A DNA stretch of 64,000 bases from the human T2T-CHM13v2.0 reference genome, Homo sapiens: the NCBI RefSeq assembly GCF_009914755.1, contig NC_060935.1. One strand, written 5' to 3'. This document shows positions 54,433 to 64,000 of the stretch, one piece after another (position 1 is the stretch's first letter; every line of letters starts with the position of its first letter). The position numbers were made by a program, and so were the translations under genes. The notes under the pieces are model-generated. The model had not been told where the DNA came from. It made no database searches and saw only the letters and a list, made by a program, of their open reading frames with translations.

Positions 54433-54870
54433 TTTTTTATTTTAAATTTTTGGATACATAATAGTTGTCCATATGTATGGGGTACATGTGATGTTTTGAT
54501 ACAAGCATATAATGTGTAATGATCAAATTTGGGGAACTAGTATATCCATCACCTTCATCAACAGATAAATGAATTTTAAAAAGATAGTATGTATACACAA
54601 TGGAATATTATTTACAGTAAAAAAAGAATAAAATTCTGTTATTTGCAACAACATGGATAGAGCTGGAGGACATTATGTTAAGTGAAATAAGCCAGGCACA
54701 GAAAGACAAATATCACATGTTCTCACTCACATGTGAGAAGTAGTGAATAGAACAGTAGTTACTAGAGGCTAGGAAGGCTAGTGGTGATGGGGAATAAAGA
54801 GGAGTTGGTTGATGAGTATGAAAATATAGTTAGATAGAAGGAATAAGATCTACTGTTTGGTAGCACATTA
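54433..54870 (-). mobile_element. L1MA 3' end with 5' inversion (54433-54554 minus, 54555-54870 plus)
   Basis: Poly-T then antisense L1MA terminus (ggggtacatgtgatgttttgatacaagcat), switching to sense L1 3' UTR (ggaggacattatgttaagtgaaataagccaggcacagaaagacaaa). Confidence 0.85.
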
Positions 54871-55595
54871 TACATCATTAAAAAATTATGTACAGAAAAA
54901 AAGAGACCATAGTACACAATAAAATGTTAATGGCCCTCTGAGTATTGGGACAACAGATAATTTTATTTCCTTTTTGAAGTTCTCGATATTTTGTAAATGT
55001 CCTATCACAAATAATACTTTTAATCAGAAAATAAATTTCATCTTCACATTTAAATATAAATATCAAAGAAGTCATAGAAATAATTTATTCACAAGGAAAG
55101 ATGTATTAAATGAAAAAAAGCATATACTGTAGTATTTAGAATATAACACCAATTATTTATATGTGTGCATAAGTGTAAATGTGCTCCCCCACACACAAAC
55201 ATACACAAACTGGAAAGATATATTAAAATATTTACAGTGATTCCTAAATGGTGGTAAGACTGTTGGTAATTTTCATTTCCTTTTTTGCTTATCTGTGTTT
55301 TCTAATTCATCTTCCATAAACATATTACTCATGTAGTAAAGAAAAACAAAAGCTATTTTATACACTGATGCTTAGGGGAAACAGAAAAAAATAGTAATTT
55401 AAAAGAATAGATTTTGGCCTTCTTGAAGATGTCGAGAGAGTCAGTATATTATAGTTTCCCTCTACCAAACACAGAAAAAATAAACAAGATTTCTTTCCTT
55501 GGCATTTCTACAGTTGCAGGATCTCAAATATTATTTCTAATAAATCTAATTATTAAAAAATTAATCTTCACATAAGCTAAAATCTAGATACTTAT

Positions 55596-55972
55596 TGCTA
55601 TGGTTTGAATGTACGTCCCCCCATAATTCATAAATCAAAGCCTAAGACCTAATCACTTTAGGAGGTGATTAAGTTATGAGAACAGAGCCCTCATGAATGG
55701 TATTAGCAACCTTATAAAAGTGCTGAAGGCAAATAGTTACTTCCTTTTTGCCCTTCCACCCTTCCGCCATGTGAGGACACAGTTTGTTGATCCTGTCAAG
55801 GTGTCGTCTTGGAAGCAGAGACTGGGCCTTCACCAGACACTAGACACCAAACCTGCTGGTGCCTTGATCTTGGACTTCCCAGCCTCCAGAATTGTGAGAA
55901 ATAAATGTCTGTTGTTTATAAATTACCCAGTGTATGGTATTTTGTTATTAGCAGCAGTATTGGACTAAGACA
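55596..55972 (+). mobile_element. MaLR solo LTR (MSTC/MSTD-like)
   Basis: tgctatggtttgaatgt...cctgctggtgccttgatcttggacttcccagcctccagaattgtgagaaataaa...ggactaagaca. Confidence 0.9.
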
Positions 55973-56544
55973 TTAATTACAACACATTGTTTACTGTTTG
56001 CTCTCAAAAGATGCATAATATCAATCTATTTCCTCTTCCATGTGAGAGTTGTTCAAATATCTTAATGAAGATATCAAATTAATAGTCTTTTTCTAGGTAA
56101 AACTCCTGCACTTTCTAAACCCATTTCTCATTTGCCATGATTTCCAGACCCTTCATCATCCTCCTCTGATGCACTCGTCTCTAGATGTTATTCTAAAAAT
56201 ATGTCACCAACAACTAGATACCAAATTCTACATCTTCACTTTCAGCAGGAAAAAAACAACACTCAGCAGGATTGTTCCCTCCATGTCACATAGGCAGGAC
56301 CGGTAAAAATCTTTAACTGCAGGTTTTCTGACACCAAATCCAATGTTTTTTCTAATCCATAGGGCTACAGTTTTTTTTAAAAAAAAAAGTCACTCTCAAC
56401 AGTAAAAGATGCCACAATGCCAATGATGACTACCTTCTAAGTCTTTTTGTTTCCATCCATTTCCAGAAAGGAGATTTATCTACATTTGAGGCAAAAATTA
56501 CACTTTATTATTCACCTTAATCCAAGAATTACCAAGAAGTAACT

Positions 56545-57090
56545 TGTATTACTTATGTATTGTTGTATAAGAAATCATCCAAAAACAAAGTGCTTAAAAC
56601 AAAACCAATCATTTATTATCCTTAATGCTATCTGTAGGTCAGGAATTTTGGAGCATCTGGGCTGGGTGGTTCTGTCTAAAGTCTCCCATGAGGTTACAGT
56701 TAAGTCAGTGGCTAAGGCCAAAGGCTTCTTTACTCACAGATAAGGTACTTGGGCTGGGAACATTTTAAGAGTTCGGGGCTGAGATAACTAGGGTTTCTTG
56801 GACATCTTACTCTAGCTCTACATGACCTTTCTGCATGGTCTCTTCTCTACAGTATGTTAGTTTCAGGATAGTGAAACTTCTTTCTTACGTGGTGTCTCAG
56901 AGATCCAAAGGTGCATGTCCCAGAGACAGCCAGATGAAAGCTATACCACTGTTTCTAACTTAGCCTGGGAAATCACGCTGTATAACTGTCACTGCATTCT
57001 ATTCAATAGTGAGTCACCAAGCCTTGCCAAAAGTCAAGGGAATGGGAATTAGACTCTGCATTTTTATAGGATAGAGCTATAATTATATCT
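56545..57090 (-). mobile_element. MLT1 (H/G/F-like) solo LTR
   Basis: tgtattacttatgtattgttgtataagaaatcatccaaaa...gtgcttaaaacaa...tctgtaggtcaggaattt...cactgcattctattc. Confidence 0.8.
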
Positions 57091-57094
57091 TCAA

Positions 57095-57180
57095 ATCGTT
57101 GCTATGAGAAATGAATCATGTATAAAGCACTTAGTATAATGCCTAGCATATAAGTACTCAATAAATGATAGCTACTCTTA
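57095..57180 (+). mobile_element. MIR 3' fragment
   Basis: aaatgaatcatgtataaagcacttagtataatgcctagcatataagtactcaataaatg. Confidence 0.7.
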
Positions 57181-59359
57181 TTAAATACAAATGTCCTTTG
57201 TCCAATTGCCCTTTTTTTCTATTTTCAATTCTGAAAATACAGTCATGATAACCACTGGCACCTTTTAAGTTTTTATTCATACTTGTTCATCTAAGTGGAA
57301 TAATAAATACTAAACTACATTACTTTCTTCATTATCAATGTTCACCTCAAACCAATTCCATTGAGATCTGGCTTCTCACAAAGCTCCAGGAACTTTAGCA
57401 TTTATAATTTGCTTTTTCTAGGAATACTACCAATTCTTATTTATCCTATCTGCATATGGATTCTCTCTACTGTGTCCAGGAGCAGCTACAGTACACTACC
57501 GCTCTTATTCAGCTGGATTGCCGACCATACCTAGACAAGGAATGTGGATGGTCAGCCATACTGCAAGCAGAGGAGAACAGTGGGCTGGGGTTGCAAAAGT
57601 CAGATCAGATGTCAGGAATTAAGAGTCAGAAAGCATAGGTCAGGAGTTGAATCTTGCCTATATAATGAAATTGAAACCCACATACAGGTGGGAGTCACTG
57701 CAGTTGGGAGAAATGACTGGGAAATGGCATAAGTAGCTGCAAGAATCAACTTCCCTACCGGCTGCCCAGTCTAACTGTAAGAACAGAATACTATTCACTT
57801 GTACCCTTTCCTGTATCCAGTAGCAAGAATGAATTAAATCTATTCATTCTTATAGCACCATATGTTGTCAGTTTTGCTTTGTTTTCCATTTTAGTTGTAG
57901 CCTCTCCAGTTGCAATGTTATCCTCAACCTAGTCTGCCCTCCCTATAGACAAGGTTTACTGAGATATCCAATCATAGATTTGCCCTGGTTTCGGACGACA
58001 CTCAATCTACAACAAACTTCTGCTTCTTTAGACCCTACTCAAAATCACCAAAAGAAAGCCCAAACCCTAAAATAGGTCCAAATATAACACTCTCTTCCTA
58101 AGACGTTCTATGGTTCACTATGGTATATATTCTCCTTCATTAAAAATGAGTAATAAACCCAATGTGTTCAGCTACAGGTATGTTCCTGGTAGTCTCTGAC
58201 TGGAGGGAATTAAGGAGCTACAATTTATGTAAAGAAGTTAACACAATAGCAAAAACAACCAAAAGTCATTTATGTTTTAAATTACCATGGACTGGCAACT
58301 CAACCATGTTAGTGATCAATCTTCCTTGCCAGGTCACATGGCTCCCACCACTAACTATACCCCATCCTTCCTTGGTATGCAGTGCATTTATATATTTAAA
58401 GTTTCAATTAAATGTCCAAATTATGTTATATAAGTTACATATATACAACTATGTTTGACATATTACATTAACTTATACCACAGACAATATATGTAACATT
58501 TTTTCTGATTCTCCACTTTAAACAACCTTTTGTTTTCTTGATGAACAAAAAACTACTTGCCAACTGTGCTATATAAGACACCTTCTACTATAGTGTTATT
58601 GACTGACAGAAAAGATTTCGGTTCCAATAACTTCTTGCTAACAAAGGAAATCTAACCTTTTTAATATGCTGAAGACTAAATTGCAAACATTTACGGTTCT
58701 TTCTCAGAGGAAAAAAGTATGTTTTTTTCTAATGTGACATACTGTAAAGAAAAGGATTGGGTTAAAGAAGCATATATAAATTAAAATGCTATATTTGGTT
58801 CTAATTGCCAACAGATTATTCATGACAAAAGTATCATTTTTTGAATGATAGTGAAAGTGTATTTTTTTCTTTTATTAAAACTGATATTTGCTAGTATATT
58901 AGATTTACATAACATTCTCAAAATTGAAATAACATATGCCACTTATCACTATTACTATGCTGTTGAATAACAATAAAATTATTCATAGATGTGTCAGAAA
59001 ATAGATTTGTTACCAATATTTGCTAAAGTGTCATGATTCCTAAGGCTTTAAAAATAAGCTGTTGTTTCCTAAATGTTATTTCAATTCCCAGAAAAAAAAT
59101 AACAAACCCAAAAGTTTGTTGAATGTCCTCATTAACATTCTATTTAATAAATGGAAGTAAATATAGTGAATAGATTAAATACAGAAAACATCCCCAAACC
59201 TGTCAAGACAGGGACATAGAAAAGCCCTGCATTATCTATACACTACCAGCCTCACACACAAAATTAGAATCTCAAGATTCAAAGGTCTTTAAAACTCCAA
59301 TTGTTCAATCCCATCTAGCACTTGAATTCCCTGTGCAAGAGAAGATGGAATAATAAAAT

Positions 59360-59612
59360 AGTTAACAAAGTACAGGCGCCCTGGGCAAGATTTTCCAGTT
59401 TAAATCCCAGCTTTTCCACCTCTCATCCATATAAGCTCAGACAAGTTAGTTAACTTCTTTTCACCTTAATTTCCTTGTCTGCAAAATGGCAATAATAATA
59501 GTACAGTAAAGAATTTATCTCAAAGAGTTGTGGGAATTAAATGAATTAATAAAAATAAAACACTTAGAACAGTGGCATTACATAGTAAGTGATAATTAAA
59601 TGGTGGTGGTTA
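59360..59612 (+). mobile_element. MIR
   Basis: gtttaaatcccagcttttccac...acaagttagttaacttc...aatttccttgtctgcaaaatgg...cacttagaacagtggc. Confidence 0.8.
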
Positions 59613-59619
59613 CAATTTC

Positions 59620-60110
59620 CTTGACAAGTGACTATTTGGCCTCTCCCTAAACGCTTTCACTAATAGAGGATTTAGCAGCTCCCAAAGTGGTCCATTCCAT
59701 TTTTGGAGGGTTGTCCAAAATTCTTCTTTACAGAAATATGAAACACGTTCCAATCTATATTTCTATTCCATGGAAACATTCAGAATGGCAGTTATTCAAT
59801 ACATACTCACAGCTATTACAGTACCTTTCTATCCTCTCTTCATCTAGGGAAAATATCCCTTTTTCCTTCATTTCTTCTTCATAAAACACAGTTTGGCCAG
59901 TCTGAACATTCTTCTCTGAGTGTGTTCCAATTGTTTCTCTTTATATATCTCTTAAAGAGTGGTGCCCTAAACTCAATATACTCAGTACTGTCTGAACAAC
60001 AAGAATTAAGACACTAAGAATTCCTTAGAGATGTCATGTTTTAAAGATTTCATGCCATGTAAGCAGAGCTTTAAGGCAGGCCTGATAGTGAATTTCCCAG
60101 CAATTAAATC
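59620..60110 (-). mobile_element. L3/CR1 fragment
   Basis: ctcttaaagagtggtgccctaaactcaatatactc resembles the L3 segment at about 45.8 kb. Confidence 0.55.
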
Positions 60111-60135
60111 AACATTCTATCAAGATTCAACTATT

Positions 60136-60445
<310 letters not shown>

Positions 60446-60599
60446 ATTCAACTATTGACTGGTTCATGTGCCTACCAACTCTAGACAGTTATTTTCATCT
60501 GGCAATTCATTAGTACTCAAACTACCATATACATGATACTCAATCTAAACAATAGTAAGCTAAGTCAAATTGGCTATCCCAATTTTAACCTTGAAACCA

Positions 60600-60745
60600 A
60601 GAAAGTTAGAAGTGCCAAGAGGCTTAGTCATTGTAGTTCAAATCTTTCCTTTTTGAGCTGAGGAAATCGAAGTCAGGAGATATAAAGTGACTTCCCTAAG
60701 GTCACACAGCAAATTAGGGCAGAGATGAACACAGGCTTTCTAGGA
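60600..60745 (-). mobile_element. MIR fragment
   Basis: tgaggaaatcgaagtcaggagatataaagtgacttccctaaggtcacacagc. Confidence 0.75.
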
Positions 60746-63700
60746 GGTAACTTGTGTTCCCTCTAAGGCCCCCAGATAAAAAAAGAAAAAAAGGAACCCC
60801 TACCAAACAAAAAGAATGTCTTTTTGACAATTTATGGCATTGAGAAATAAAGGGAGTGATTATGCAGAAGTTGGAGATGTTGGACAAATTCTTACAGAGC
60901 ACATTTCTATGCCTGGAGAGTCTCAAATGATTCCATAGAGCTCCTCTTAAGAGGTAACCACTTACTCTGGTGTCAGGTCAATCTTCCTCATGCTCTCCTC
61001 CTCTGCAGTTGTTTTCTTTTCATCCTCCTTTGAGTGACACCCATACTGTTTGTTGTTGTTTTTGTAATAAGCAAAGTAACTAGTGTGTTTTACATGAAAA
61101 GAAATAACTCATGGTATGCTCTTCATACCTCACAAATCCTAACATTAAAAGTATCAGAGCCCAATCAAGGTTTGTCAAATCCATTTGTTCCTTAATAGAG
61201 ATGCAACTCTGTTGACAGTTAAGTCCTTTCAAGGCCCAGTTTGCCTAAAGAAGAGAGTCAAGAGAACAGATTGCTTTATGTGTCATACATACTCAGGGCC
61301 ACCCTGTGAGCTCAACAAACTCCTCTCTTCACTAGATCTTGTCCAGTAAAGCTCCTAAGTTTGAGGATTTCACTGAAAGAACCTTCAAATTTTCTTCTAA
61401 TATGTTAAATTCATATGGTGGGCTACCAAGAAACTCTTTATAATTCAGAACATTTTAAATAACATCTCTAGCTCTCTTGTTTAAGTTCTTACAACTAGAA
61501 CAAGTACAAAGAGACTAAAAATGATTCCTCAGAGGTTATGTTACTTATAAAACAATGATCTATCCATCCATGCATCCACCCACCTATCTCTATGTACATT
61601 TCCAGCAAAAGGGAAACGGGGCACAAAATGTCACCAATTTAACACAAGGCAGCAAATTAAAAGTCTAACTGCAATCAGGTCCTCACAATGTCTGGAAGCT
61701 GTGCATTCCTCTACCTGAATGCAACATACAACCTTGGACTGATGACACAACTACAATCACAGAGCCCATATTTTCTCTCTGGAAAGAAAAACTTTTCTCT
61801 GAATTTTTATTTTCCCCTCTTAACTTCCAAATATCCAAAAACATAGATTCATTCCTTGACCTACCGTGTCATCCAAGAGAACAGTAGCCAAAAGGAGGGC
61901 CAAATTCTAACTTTACTGTTAATTTCAGAAAGCAAAAGAAATAAACTATAATCCAATTATATCTGAAATACATCGATGAGAGAACAAAAATGAGAGAATC
62001 ATCTTTAGTAGAAGCATACCAGGTATGAAATAAATTAATATAACTGAAAGTCATATATTGAGTCTAAACTCAAGAGTAAAAGCTTTCTGAATTCGTTCAT
62101 GGATTACATTAGTTTAATCCTGGCTAACTCAGTGCTTATGCAAAAAATTATTACTCACCACTGGAACTGACCAAAAAATTGATAAATAAAAGTAATTATC
62201 ATATAAATATTTGAATTATTCATTTCTCAGCAAAAGAATTTCTTCTATTATACCACCATAATCTACCTGTGCTTGAATGAGGGCACACTTCCTCTCAGAA
62301 TTTTGAGACATTTGAGAATATTGTTTTCTGAGTACTCTCAGTATACTGGGAGTAGAAACAAATCAGAGTTAAATTATAATGAAAGCAAAAGTTTACCAAA
62401 TAATTTCCAATCATTTTATTAAATAAGATTTTCTATTTTCCAGGGTGCTAATGAAATATAAAGAAGATAAATGAAATGCATAAATATTCATTTCTAATTT
62501 CAACCTGATTGTAAAATTTTATTAGCAAAGGTTTGTAATTTATACTTTGGAATTTAGAATGTGGTTTACACAGATATATTATTGAACTCAATTTGCATCA
62601 CCTAAAAAACAATGCCTAGGGGTCAAGAGAATGTAGTAAAGGTTAATATCATGAAAAATAAATATGTCATCACATTGAAAGCTGTATTAACAAAAGTAAT
62701 AATAGCTTGAAGTTGCTCTTCTTTTAAAAGGTTATGCTTCTCCTGGAAAGCAAGGAAACTTTTTTGCAGAGGACAATCAAACAGTGGAATAATTTTAGTA
62801 TCAAGGTAATTAATACATATTCATTATAGGTGTTCAAGAAAGATTAGATATATTTGTGGAGGGAACAGAGTAGGGTCTTTCCTGCTTCATGCAGGTGGTT
62901 TGACTGAATAACGAGAGACAGCCCTTTCAACCTCATCTTCAAACAAATGATGCAAGTAGGATTCATTATATTAAAGTTGGCTTTATGGAAAGCAACCCTT
63001 TCCAAATTAAAGAAGGTAGGTCTCAAGGTGTGCAGACACAATCCTGGGTTCCTCCTCCCAAAGTAATATGCTGCGTATCACAGTTGTCTCCATCTTATTC
63101 CTGCTGATCTAGAAGGACTTTGAGATTAATATTTCATTCTAATCACAATAAGTTCAAATTAGTCATATAAACAACTGCATTCTATACAATATAAACATTA
63201 TTTTCTTCATGTTGCTTGGAAGCATTATGAAAAAATGTGCAGATTTTATTGTTCCAGTTATCATATTTCATTATAGTGATGTACCCAGAGGCTAGGCAAG
63301 AAAAAATTTTAAGAAGGATTTCTGTACAAGAAAATATATATTAATCAGAACCACCTATAGACTGAAACATGCTCATAGAGTTCTGCTTTAATCAGGAAAT
63401 TATTAGTGTCCCAAGATTAGCTTCCATTGATTAACCCTGACCAACTTTAATAAAAGGTTTATTTAAAAAAAAAAGCTACATTCAAATGACATTTGAATCC
63501 ATTAAGAAAGATAAAAGCTGAGTAGAACAGTCCTGCTCAATCAGACTCACTAGACTAGATTCACGCTAGACTAGATTATACTAGATTTTTTATTAGTAAC
63601 CAAGTCTTACTTTAAATAATTATCAAAAAGCTACTTTTCCTATGTGTGTAAATGCTATAGACTCTAAGCTACACTTTGGTCATATAGAAGTATTTGCATA

Positions 63701-64000
63701 GGGATAGTTGACAGGAAAAGTCAAACCACAGGAGCAGCCCTGGCATTACTATGAGGTATACACTAGCAGTACATAGGTAAAGTAAATGAAAACAAAATAT
63801 CCATCAAACTGAGGCAAACATAAAACTGAGGCAAATTAGGAGAACGTTGGCTGACTCCAAGAAAAGATAATCCTTTTGAACATGCAGTAATGTTGCAAAT
63901 TGTGAGTGTCAGTGATAGAGTTCATTAAGGGGTTCATGTTATAGTCAGTGCACTACAAACCCTAGTCATTGGATCTTATACAGACTTAATGATTAAAATA

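Noticed and set aside
57440-57800. GC-richer segment with two short overlapping ORFs
   Set aside because: No recognisable protein similarity, splice structure or poly(A)/TSD. Possibly an old LTR remnant, left unassigned.

Overview
This is AT-rich primate genomic DNA, almost certainly human (AluJ/S/Y, L1PA and MSTA elements are present). It lies inside the SOX6 gene (SoxD transcription factor, 11p15), which is transcribed on the minus strand. The only coding sequence I can support is one 208-nt internal SOX6 exon at 48310-48517 (-), encoding [69 protein letters not shown](D), with canonical AG/GT ends. The supplied ORF track misses this exon, and its ORFs are repeat-derived or chance. The rest is intron: 8 Alus, L1 fragments (two with twin-priming 5' inversions), L2, L3/CR1, MIR, MaLR/ERVL LTRs, hAT DNA transposons and microsatellites. 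There is also a repeat-poor block at about 17.7-31.2 kb with several enhancer-like motif clusters. There are no prokaryotic-type systems (CRISPR, rRNA, operons). The most interesting speculative lead is at 24031-24150: a perfect 16-bp hairpin overlaps the predicted branch point of a 53-nt, stop-containing cryptic exon in the SOX6 sense direction, which could be a structure-gated poison exon. Inverted Alus flanking the coding exon (circRNA potential) and palindromic SOX sites are further leads. Repeat subfamily names come from recalled consensus features, boundaries of old repeats are approximate, and nothing here was checked against databases.
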